Source: a virus
Lineage: Duplodnaviria; Caudoviricetes
Length of the DNA: 55,433 nt
Virus record (IMG/VR): IMGVR_UViG_3300043449_001455
Span: 1-55,433 of that record
Strand: one strand, 5' to 3'
The notes beneath the pieces were generated by a model. That model worked only from the letters and a program-made list of their open reading frames with translations. It searched no databases and was not told the origin of the DNA. The position numbers were made by a program, and so were the translations under genes. Below are positions 25,615 through 33,280 of this stretch, piece by piece. Within the stretch, counting starts at the first letter, position 1, and each line of letters begins with the position of its first letter.

Positions 25615-26802
25615 TCACTTTGAGACCAGCATTGCCCAGCCGGAGCCTGGGCCTTCGACCTCCCAGCGCCGCAACCAGTTCTTCCGGCTGTAGACCACAC
25701 CGGCGCCCTTGCTGTTGACGTAGTCGCCATTGACCAGGTCGCACTCGCCGTAGGGGTCGTTGTGGATGATGCTGGTGGTGTTGAACCCGATCGCCACGCT
25801 CCAGTGCCCGCCGCCGCTGGGGGCCGCTGCTGGGCCCTTGTGCAGCCAGCCCACACCAACGGGCCGGCCGGCGCGCAGCTCGCGCTCCAGCATTGCAACG
25901 GTGCAGCTCTGGATGAACTGCGGCTTCAAGCCCAGTGCCTGCAGAGTCTTGATCTGCGCCGTGGGCTCGGTGGTGTCGCCGTACTGGGCGCGGATGGCGT
26001 TGTATTCGTCGTCTGATTTCACCTTGCCGTGGAAGGCCGCGATCATGGCCATGCTCGAACTGAAGCACTCGCGATAGCCTTGGCCCGACTTGTTGTCGCG
26101 CTGGCTGAAGTAGGGGACGGCCAGCTGGATCGCATCGAACGTCTCAAGGCCGGGCATTTCGGGCATGTCCTTGAGCCAGAGATCACCTTCAGCCTTGCGC
26201 CGCCGCTTCAGGCCGGCCTCCACCGATGAACCCGGATTGCGGTAGAGCATCATGGCGCCGGGTACGTCCTTCCAGCGCTTCTCGCGCAGCGCCTTGCTGA
26301 TGGTGGCAAAGCCCTCGGTGCCATAGAAGCCGGAGCCGAGGTTGTACGCGAAGCTGATCAGCGCCGACTTCTGGTTATCGCCGAGCTCCTTCCAGGCCGG
26401 GATGGTCTGTGCGAGTTTCTGACAGATGCGGTCCATCTCAAGCCGCAACAGCATGTCGGCTTCGATGGCGTTGATCTTGTCGCCCTGCTTCACCGGCCGG
26501 CCATCGCCGTAGCGGGTGGTGCCGTAGCCGATCGTGGCGACCTTCCAGCCATGCAGTGGGTCTGCGTATGCCTCAAGGTGGCAGCCCTCGAACTCCTTGA
26601 TCAGCGCCAGCCCGGCCGACAGATCAGCTTGCTTGCCGTCCTGGCTCCAAGTGTTGAACCACGGCCGATCACGCCGCATGGCGTCCTCGTAGCCGTTCTC
26701 GCGCAGATCGGCCTCCAGCTCGGCGATGGCGGCCAGCTGGTGGGGCAGGCCGCGGTAGAAGCGGAACAGCTGCTCAAGGGTGATCGGTGCGGTGTTGCTC
26801 AA
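25615..26802 (-). CDS. Modular endolysin: GH24 lysozyme plus C39-like peptidase
   Basis: IKEFEG..AYADP...TIGYG...GLKRRR; VPYFSQRDN...ECFSSS...GGGHWS...NDPYG; TTG start. Confidence 0.9.
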   Translation of the reverse strand: MSNTAPITLEQLFRFYRGLPHQLAAIAELEADLRENGYEDAMRRDRPWFNTWSQDGKQADLSAGLALIKEFEGCHLEAYADPLHGWKVATIGYGTTRYGDGRPVKQGDKINAIEADMLLRLEMDRICQKLAQTIPAWKELGDNQKSALISFAYNLGSGFYGTEGFATISKALREKRWKDVPGAMMLYRNPGSSVEAGLKRRRKAEGDLWLKDMPEMPGLETFDAIQLAVPYFSQRDNKSGQGYRECFSSSMAMIAAFHGKVKSDDEYNAIRAQYGDTTEPTAQIKTLQALGLKPQFIQSCTVAMLERELRAGRPVGVGWLHKGPAAAPSGGGHWSVAIGFNTTSIIHNDPYGECDLVNGDYVNSKGAGVVYSRKNWLRRWEVEGPGSGWAMLVSK

Positions 26803-26981
26803 TCTCGCCTCCAGGGGGCTTTGATTTCCATGGCGCCACCAAGCAGCCGGCTGTCGCCGGTCTGCAGGTCAGGGTCGATCGGGTGATGCTCGATCACCGG
26901 AGCGGGAGTGCTTGGTGGCTGAGTGGCGTGCCAGTCCTCAATGGCGCGATCGAGCCGCGGCCCGATCGTCAGCGTTTTGGG
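26799..26981 (-). other. Predicted -1 frameshift signal and 58-aa extension of the holin-like protein
   Basis: In-phase C CCA AAA (26981-26975), 6-nt spacer, 9-bp hairpin (26968-26947); -1 frame is open to TGA at 26799-26801. Confidence 0.7.
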
Positions 26982-27106
26982 AAAGCGAGCCGCAGGAACT
27001 GCAGGACCAGCTGGATGATGCTGTTGGCGCGCAGAGGGCTGAGTGCAATTGCCTCAGACAGCGCAGCGATGGCGATCGCGACGATTGCAGCGGTAGTGGG
27101 GTCCAT
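26969..27106 (-). CDS. Holin-like small membrane protein (45 aa; below ORF-track cutoff)
   Basis: MDPTTAAIVAIAIAALSEAIALSPLRANSIIQLVLQFLRLAFPKR, upstream of the endolysin. Confidence 0.75.
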   Translation of the reverse strand: MDPTTAAIVAIAIAALSEAIALSPLRANSIIQLVLQFLRLAFPKR

Positions 27107-27134
27107 GCCTAAGCCCATGGTGTGTTCTCCAAGA

Positions 27135-27404
27135 TTAGCCCTGCTTGCTGATCACAGCCGCGGTGGGTCGAAGATTTAGCTGAAAGTGCTGTCCGACGAA
27201 CGAAGCGATGGGCGGCAAAACAAGGCTGGCGATCACTGCGGCCAGCACCACCTGACCCATGCGGGTTTCCAGTGTGCCGATGCGTTTGAAAATGTCCTTC
27301 TTGTCGTCGTCGTCCTTTTCGGTACGAAGGATCAGGGCAGACATCATGCCCTTGAGCTCACCGAGCTCTCGGTAGATGTCATTGTGCGACACCTGCGGCT
27401 CCAT
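27135..27404 (-). CDS. XhlA-like coiled-coil plus TM lysis-module protein
   Basis: IYRELGELKG...RIGTLETR then a hydrophobic helix. Confidence 0.65.
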   Translation of the reverse strand: MEPQVSHNDIYRELGELKGMMSALILRTEKDDDDKKDIFKRIGTLETRMGQVVLAAVIASLVLPPIASFVGQHFQLNLRPTAAVISKQG

Positions 27405-27430
27405 GGAGGGCTTCCTTCGACTGAACGATC

Positions 27431-27574
27431 CTACCGAGGCAGTTCGTGGTCAAAAGGATCGCCCTTGCCCTGGCAGATAGCAACAGCCCGCCTGTAGTAG
27501 TGGTTGTCGGTTTTTCCCGCCTTCTCAAGAGCTTCCTTGACTTTGCGCCAGTTCTCCCGTTCGGCGGAATCCAT
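27431..27574 (-). CDS. Small hypothetical protein (47 aa)
   Basis: ENWRKVKEALEKAGKTDNHYYRRAVAI; TAATG coupling. Confidence 0.75.
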   Translation of the reverse strand: MDSAERENWRKVKEALEKAGKTDNHYYRRAVAICQGKGDPFDHELPR

Positions 27575-27711
27575 TACCGACCTTGCCCTCTGAGGGGCTT
27601 CTTGCCGCGGCGCCGCGGGCGACTGCGCTGGCCGAACCCTTGGCTGGTGGTCTTGGGCGGACCGGGATTGTGCTCGACGCGAGCGGTGCCGGTCTTGCTG
27701 CGAACTGCCAT
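27574..27711 (-). CDS. Small very basic protein (45 aa; below ORF-track cutoff)
   Basis: MAVRSKTG...PKTTSQG...RPRRRGKKPLRGQGR; coupled at both ends. Confidence 0.75.
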   Translation of the reverse strand: MAVRSKTGTARVEHNPGPPKTTSQGFGQRSRPRRRGKKPLRGQGR

Positions 27712-28160
27712 CAGGGTTCCTCAGGCCAGGTGACCTGCCAGGGGAAACCAGACTGGCTGGTGACATCACGCAGCAGCTGGCGGTAGGCGGCCCAGTCGGC
27801 CGTGTCTACGGGTGCATCGGGGAGCTGCGTCCAGTCACAATCGGCAAGGCGCTGGTTGCGCTCTTGACGCACGCTGGCGGCCTGGGCGTCGGTGCGTTCA
27901 GCGATCTCGGCCGGCGTGGCATCGGTGACGACCCAGACCTGCTCGTAGCCCGAGCGGGTCTTCGCAGGAGCGCCTTCGCTCAGGTTCTGGGTGTGGTCGA
28001 TCACCGGCTGGATCGTCGGCAGCACCACGGCATAGCCGAGATCGGGCAGACAGGCTTCAAAACCAGCCACATCCGAGGGAAAACTGGTGTCAGAGAAAGC
28101 GGCGCGGACATCTGCTGCGGAGAGCGGATAGGCGCCGGTGGTGGTGTTCAGGTAGCTCAT
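27711..28160 (-). CDS. Tail fibre assembly/chaperone protein
   Basis: RQERNQRLADCDWTQLPDAP...WAAYRQLLRDV..Q.GFP..V.WP. Confidence 0.88.
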   Translation of the reverse strand: MSYLNTTTGAYPLSAADVRAAFSDTSFPSDVAGFEACLPDLGYAVVLPTIQPVIDHTQNLSEGAPAKTRSGYEQVWVVTDATPAEIAERTDAQAASVRQERNQRLADCDWTQLPDAPVDTADWAAYRQLLRDVTSQSGFPWQVTWPEEP

Positions 28161-28174
28161 TGGGTCACCTTAAA

Positions 28175-28828
28175 TCAGGCAGGCTTGATGCCGACAAGAA
28201 TTGCAGCGGGGGATGACACGCCCCCGTTCGCGGTCGCGGATCGTGTGCCGGTACTGCCTGCTGATAGGTTCAGCTCCCGGTATAACGCCCACGACGGCGT
28301 GGCGCTGTCGCTTTTGTTTGCAGTTGCAATCAGCCCTGATGTCGGATTGGTCCACAATCGGCCTGTGTTGTCGCAGGCAAAGAAGGCGATGACTGCCCCG
28401 CCGCTTTGAGACAGCGTAATTGCAGGTGCGGTTTGAGTGCTGCTGGAGTGCGTTGTTGAAATACTGCCAACAACATCGTAAGCGGCGTTCCTGAACGTGG
28501 CGATGACGCCAGTAATCCTGGCGTTACCACTTGAGGTGAAGGCATAACTTGAGGGCTCGCTCGCCCCTGCGACAAGGTACGCGACTCGCAGGCATGGGAT
28601 AACGCCCTGGTCTATGACTTCGGTCCACCCCGTATCGCCTGTCCATGTTCTATTACTGTCAGCCGCCATAATCGCGACCATCAAGTCACCGGACTGCGTT
28701 CCAGTGGGCTTGCTGATGGTCAGGGTGGAGGTACTGCTTGTCGTCGCCTGCGCTGAAGCCACAAACTCGATGGGCGCCGCTCCACCAGCAGCAGCGCCCA
28801 TCATCAGTGCTCGGGTGGTCGGGTCCAT
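28175..28828 (-). CDS. Tail fibre-associated beta-rich protein, candidate receptor-binding module
   Basis: LTISKPTGTQSGDLMVA...; follows the fibre gene; AT-richer codons. Confidence 0.65.
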   Translation of the reverse strand: MDPTTRALMMGAAAGGAAPIEFVASAQATTSSTSTLTISKPTGTQSGDLMVAIMAADSNRTWTGDTGWTEVIDQGVIPCLRVAYLVAGASEPSSYAFTSSGNARITGVIATFRNAAYDVVGSISTTHSSSTQTAPAITLSQSGGAVIAFFACDNTGRLWTNPTSGLIATANKSDSATPSWALYRELNLSAGSTGTRSATANGGVSSPAAILVGIKPA

Positions 28829-31545
28829 CAGTTGGTGTAGTTGATCAGGCTGGATGCACGCCAGCGGGTGCCGCCGTCATCAGTGACGAACAGGAACAGG
28901 TGCGTCTTGCCGGTGGTGAGTGTCGGCGCCGTGCCACCGGGCCACTCCACACCAGAGAACCATGTGATCGTGCCGCTAGTGTGCGTCAGCTCCAGGGTGA
29001 AGCTGTAGGCCCGGCTGGCCGGAACATTGCTCACCGTGAAGGTCGAGGCGCCGTTGATCGTCTTGGTGAAGTAGTTGCCGGTGCTGCAGTCGATATCCAG
29101 CGCCGAGACGGCTACCACCGTCTGGGCGTAGGTGCCGGCCACGTCGAGATCGGTGTTGGCTGCCGCGCTCGATTGGCCCACGGCCAACGCACCCGTGGTG
29201 GCGATGTTGCCGCTGGTGCCGATCGCCGTGCTGCCGGCGATGGTGCCGGAGGTGATGGCGCTGCCGCTGACCTTGCCGGCGGTGCTGATCGTCGCCAGCT
29301 TGCTGTCGGCGATGGCGGCCGATGCGTTGATGTCGGCGTTGACGATGCTGCCCGTGAGCGCCAGCTTGCTGTAGGCGATCGCAGCTGAGGCGTTCACATC
29401 GGCGTTCACGATGGCGCCGTCCGCGATCATCGTGCTCGTGACGGTGCCGGTGTCACCCGTCGTCACCACGGTGCCGGTCGCTGCCGGGAAGGTGATCGTG
29501 TTGGTGCCGGCCACGGCCGCCGGCTGGATGGTGATGGTGCCGCTGGTGGAGCCCGGCAGCGCCACGCTGCTGATGCCGGTGAGCGCTTGGTTGGCCGAGC
29601 TGCGGTTCAGCGACAGCGACGTGGTGCCGAGGAACGTGGTGCCGTTGAAGGTGGCCGTGATCGTGCCAGCCGAAAAGTTGCCGCTGCCGTCGCGGGCCAC
29701 GATCGTTGAGGCCGTGTTGGCATCGGTCGCGGTGGTGGCGCTGTTGGCCACCTTGCCGGCGGTGCTGATGGTGCTCAGCTTGGAGTCGGCGATGCTGCCG
29801 GCCAGCATCGTGCTGGTGACCGTGCCGGTGTCGCCGGTGGTGATCACCGTGCCGGTGGCATCCGGGAAGGTGATGGTGCGGTCGGCGGTTGGATCCACCA
29901 CCGCCAAGTAGGTCTCGTAGGCATTGGCCGTACTGCCCTCGAACGCCAACGATCCCGTGGTGCCGATCAGCAGCTCGCCGGTGACGGTGCCGCCAGCCTT
30001 GGCCAGCTTCTCGTCGTCCAGCTCCTGCAGCGCCGTCTGGGCGTTGGTGGCAGCGATGTTGCCGTAGGGCGTGAAGCTGATGTTTGAGGCCGCCTGGCCG
30101 GCGATAGCAGACGAAACGTCGATCAGCTCCCAGCTGGTGCCGCCTGAGACGATCATGTCTGGCGGGGCAAGCGATACGGCCGGGGCCGGTGCCACGCCGG
30201 TGCCGCTGTCGGAGACGACGAGGTAATAGCGCAGGTTGCCGTTGGAAGCGTTCGGCAGCGAGGCATTGGCCACCAGACCTGCGGCAGTGCCGGCCTGCGT
30301 GACCGACTTCACCTTGTTGGTGCTGGCGTCGTAGGTGCCGCCATAGATCAGTTCACCAGCGGTGATGGTGATCGGCTGCCAAGCCGACCCGTCGTAGAGG
30401 TACAGGTCGCCGTTCAGCGCGTCGAAGAAATACTGCCCCTGGAAGTCCGGGCTCGGGAAGGTGACGACGCCGGCAGTCGAGCCAGCACCACCGAACTTCA
30501 CCGTGGCTGAGTTGGCCAGCTTGGCGCCGGTGATGGCGTTGTTGCCGATCAACGCGATGTCCAGCGTGCCAGAGGTGATCTTGCTGGCTGCCAGGTTGGG
30601 AATGTCGGTGGCATCCAGTGACGCCCCGCCCGTGACGTGGCCCTGCGCGTCGTAGGTGATCTTGGTGTTGGTGGCCGCCGTGACGCTGTTGGAGTGGTTC
30701 AGCACGCCAGCGCCGGTGACTGCCAAGCCGGTGCCGGGATGCACCACGCCGTTCACGCTGGCGGTGGCTGCTGGCAGATCTGAGCCTTGGATGGCCCGCC
30801 CGCCCGTCACCAGGCCTTTGGCGTTGAAGTTGACGACCTTGTAATCGGAGAGGCTCGCGGTGACATCGTTGTCCACCTCGACAACGCTGCCATCCATGCG
30901 CAGGCCCTCGCCGTTCACGACCACCGCACCCTTCGTGGTGGTGGTGGCGGTCGGCAGGTCGGTGGGGTCGATCGTCCGGTAGCTCGGTGCTCCACCAGCG
31001 CCGGTGGGGCCTGCGAGGAACTGATTGGCAGCGCCGGTGGCATCCAGTGTTGCCGTGATCGCCACCGAGTCGCCGGTGGTCGTCACGTTGATGTTGACGA
31101 TGCCGCTTGCGTCGCCCGCAATCGCGTTGATCGAGCCGGCGGCCTTGAAGCTTTGCCAGGCGCTGCCGTCCCAGCAGTAGACCTTCAGATCATCGGTGTC
31201 GAGGGCGAGTTGGCCGACGTAGGCACCGGATGCTGGCAGCACGGTGACCAGATCCACCGTGGACTCGTTACCGAGCTTGGCGGCGGTGACTGCATCATTC
31301 GCCAGCTGCGTGGTGCCGATGCTACCGCTGGCAATCGCGCCGCCCGACACGCTGCCGCTGTTGAACAGAATCTTGCTTTCGGGGATGGTGGCGTCAGCGA
31401 TCAGGGTGACGCCGTATCCGATGGCGTCTTGAACCGTGATTCTCTTGGTCTCGCTCCCCGAGATGTCGACGACAGCCAGCAGGTCGCTGCCAGCGAGGTC
31501 AACGCCGGCCAGGGCCGCAAGTTCTGAAATCTTTAGATCGGCCAT
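28828..31545 (-). CDS. Long tail fibre protein
   Basis: MADLKISEL start; G/T/A/S-rich with internal repeats TITFP.ATGTV.TTGDTGTVTSTM and ADSKL.TISTAGKV; C-terminal WPGGTAPTLT. Confidence 0.85.
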   Translation of the reverse strand: MADLKISELAALAGVDLAGSDLLAVVDISGSETKRITVQDAIGYGVTLIADATIPESKILFNSGSVSGGAIASGSIGTTQLANDAVTAAKLGNESTVDLVTVLPASGAYVGQLALDTDDLKVYCWDGSAWQSFKAAGSINAIAGDASGIVNINVTTTGDSVAITATLDATGAANQFLAGPTGAGGAPSYRTIDPTDLPTATTTTKGAVVVNGEGLRMDGSVVEVDNDVTASLSDYKVVNFNAKGLVTGGRAIQGSDLPAATASVNGVVHPGTGLAVTGAGVLNHSNSVTAATNTKITYDAQGHVTGGASLDATDIPNLAASKITSGTLDIALIGNNAITGAKLANSATVKFGGAGSTAGVVTFPSPDFQGQYFFDALNGDLYLYDGSAWQPITITAGELIYGGTYDASTNKVKSVTQAGTAAGLVANASLPNASNGNLRYYLVVSDSGTGVAPAPAVSLAPPDMIVSGGTSWELIDVSSAIAGQAASNISFTPYGNIAATNAQTALQELDDEKLAKAGGTVTGELLIGTTGSLAFEGSTANAYETYLAVVDPTADRTITFPDATGTVITTGDTGTVTSTMLAGSIADSKLSTISTAGKVANSATTATDANTASTIVARDGSGNFSAGTITATFNGTTFLGTTSLSLNRSSANQALTGISSVALPGSTSGTITIQPAAVAGTNTITFPAATGTVVTTGDTGTVTSTMIADGAIVNADVNASAAIAYSKLALTGSIVNADINASAAIADSKLATISTAGKVSGSAITSGTIAGSTAIGTSGNIATTGALAVGQSSAAANTDLDVAGTYAQTVVAVSALDIDCSTGNYFTKTINGASTFTVSNVPASRAYSFTLELTHTSGTITWFSGVEWPGGTAPTLTTGKTHLFLFVTDDGGTRWRASSLINYTN

Positions 31546-31566
31546 GTCAGCTCAGCGAGTTACCCA

Positions 31567-32457
31567 TCAGCCTTCTTGAAGCAGGCTAGCAGTCGCGTCT
31601 TGATCGAGACGGATGTCGTCGCCTGCCTCCTGGAGGATCTTGCCGTCACTTTCGGTGAAGACCCGCAGCCTGATCGGCCCGGTCGTGATGAATTCGGCAC
31701 TCATCTCGACGATAGTGCCGGGGGTGAATTGGATTGCGGAATTGGTCAGCACTCCATTGATGTCGTACCAGATCTGGTCGTTGGCCTGCTCGGGCACGCC
31801 AGATGGGTTGTATTCATCGGTCTTGAGAAACAGTTGAGCCCTGAACTCACTTCCGACTTCTGTTCTTAATGCGAGCTGCAGCAGGTATTGCGCTGTCTCA
31901 TATTCGCCGTTCCCGCAGCAGTCCTTGTAGTCCCACTGGCAGCTCACTCGGCCAGAGCCTGACATCAGCGACGACCACTGCGACCTGAACTGGTCTGACA
32001 GTGCCGTGACATCAACCGCCTCGCGCTGAGTGCTCAGCTCGTAACCTGTAATTGATCCGAGGATCCGCTGCTGCGCATTTGCGATCACAACCCGGATCGG
32101 GATGTTGGTGACGATGCTATCAAGCGCGATGGCGTTGACGCTACCGCCGTTTACGGCATTAGCGAAACTGGAGTACAGCCTGATTCCGCCAAGCTCATCG
32201 ACATTCACGTACCACTTGCCGTTTGACTGCTTCGTACCGCTTACCCAGCCCGCTGTACTGACCCAATCAAGAGTGGCGTCATTTGTGCTTGTGATTTCGA
32301 CCTGGTCGCCGGTGATCAGGAAGCCGCTGTCGAAATCAAACGAAAACCGCTTCTTGGCCGCGTTCACATCCGATGGATTAACGACCGATTCCACGAAGCC
32401 TTGGTCGGACTTGCGCTGCAGGATCAGCCTGCCAAAGGTGCCGAGATAGACAGCCAT
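31567..32457 (-). CDS. Tail structural protein with tube-like C-terminal domain
   Basis: YELSTQREAVDVTALSD...SGSG motif; tail-tip context. Confidence 0.7.
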   Translation of the reverse strand: MAVYLGTFGRLILQRKSDQGFVESVVNPSDVNAAKKRFSFDFDSGFLITGDQVEITSTNDATLDWVSTAGWVSGTKQSNGKWYVNVDELGGIRLYSSFANAVNGGSVNAIALDSIVTNIPIRVVIANAQQRILGSITGYELSTQREAVDVTALSDQFRSQWSSLMSGSGRVSCQWDYKDCCGNGEYETAQYLLQLALRTEVGSEFRAQLFLKTDEYNPSGVPEQANDQIWYDINGVLTNSAIQFTPGTIVEMSAEFITTGPIRLRVFTESDGKILQEAGDDIRLDQDATASLLQEG

Positions 32458-32888
32458 TAGATACTCGCTGCTGTGAGTGCGCCGGTGGCCTGGAAGGAGA
32501 TCTGCGCCGAGACGATTTCACCCACCGATGCGCCGATCGATACGCTGTTGATGTAGGCCGTGAGGCCGATGTCGTTTAGGTCGCTGCCATCGGCCAGCCG
32601 CAGCGTCAGACTCACTGTGTCAGCGGTCGTGACGCCGCCCGTGCCAGTCTTGACGAGCTTGCGAAGCAGCGTGCCAGCGTCGATATTGCCGCTGTCCGCT
32701 TTGTAATAAATCAGAGCCGCCGTGCCCGCAAAGCTTTGCACACCTGGAACGAATGAACGCTGGTTATCGCCCAGCGTGGTGGACTCCAGCATCTCAACAT
32801 CCGCTTGGATGCTCCAACTGGTCACCTTGACCAGCTCGGCACCAGCTAGCAAAAGTTTGCCATCGCGCCCGGTGTAGACCTTTGCCAT
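32457..32888 (-). CDS. Tail-tube-like structural protein
   Basis: YTGRDG...VTSWS...LESTTLGD...ISFQATG. Confidence 0.7.
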   Translation of the reverse strand: MAKVYTGRDGKLLLAGAELVKVTSWSIQADVEMLESTTLGDNQRSFVPGVQSFAGTAALIYYKADSGNIDAGTLLRKLVKTGTGGVTTADTVSLTLRLADGSDLNDIGLTAYINSVSIGASVGEIVSAQISFQATGALTAASI

Positions 32889-32909
32889 GATGAGCCTCCT
32901 TCCGTCAGT

Positions 32910-33278
32910 TTAGAGAACAGCGACCAGCGACACCTGCACAGTGCTGCGGCCTGGTCTTACGTTGCTGACCTCCGGGGGTCCGGCATAACGCCAGGAATTG
33001 CCGGCTCCGGTGTTGAAATTTACGGATTCCCAGCCAGCGCGAGTGTCTGCATTGATGTCGAACGTGCCAAAGGTGCCTCGCACTTCCTCGTAGTGCTGCA
33101 CGAAATCGTTGGCCTGAGTGTCGAGGATGTTCTCGTAGGACAAAGACAGCTCAGCGCCGGTGCGACGACTGCCGTAAAGAATGCGAGTTTCAACGCCCGA
33201 CTGCGACCGAAACGTGCGGATCGGATAGTCGCCGGCATTGAACGACCGGGAAGTTGGGCGTAGGGCGGGGAATGGCAT
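32910..33278 (-). CDS. Minor/distal tail protein (gpM-like)
   Basis: FPALRPTSRS...LSLSYENI...WRYAGPP. Confidence 0.65.
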   Translation of the reverse strand: MPFPALRPTSRSFNAGDYPIRTFRSQSGVETRILYGSRRTGAELSLSYENILDTQANDFVQHYEEVRGTFGTFDINADTRAGWESVNFNTGAGNSWRYAGPPEVSNVRPGRSTVQVSLVAVL

Positions 33279-33280
33279 CG

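Noticed and set aside
29260-29900. DGR template/variable repeats in the tail fibre
   Set aside because: These are in-frame structural repeats and no reverse transcriptase is present.
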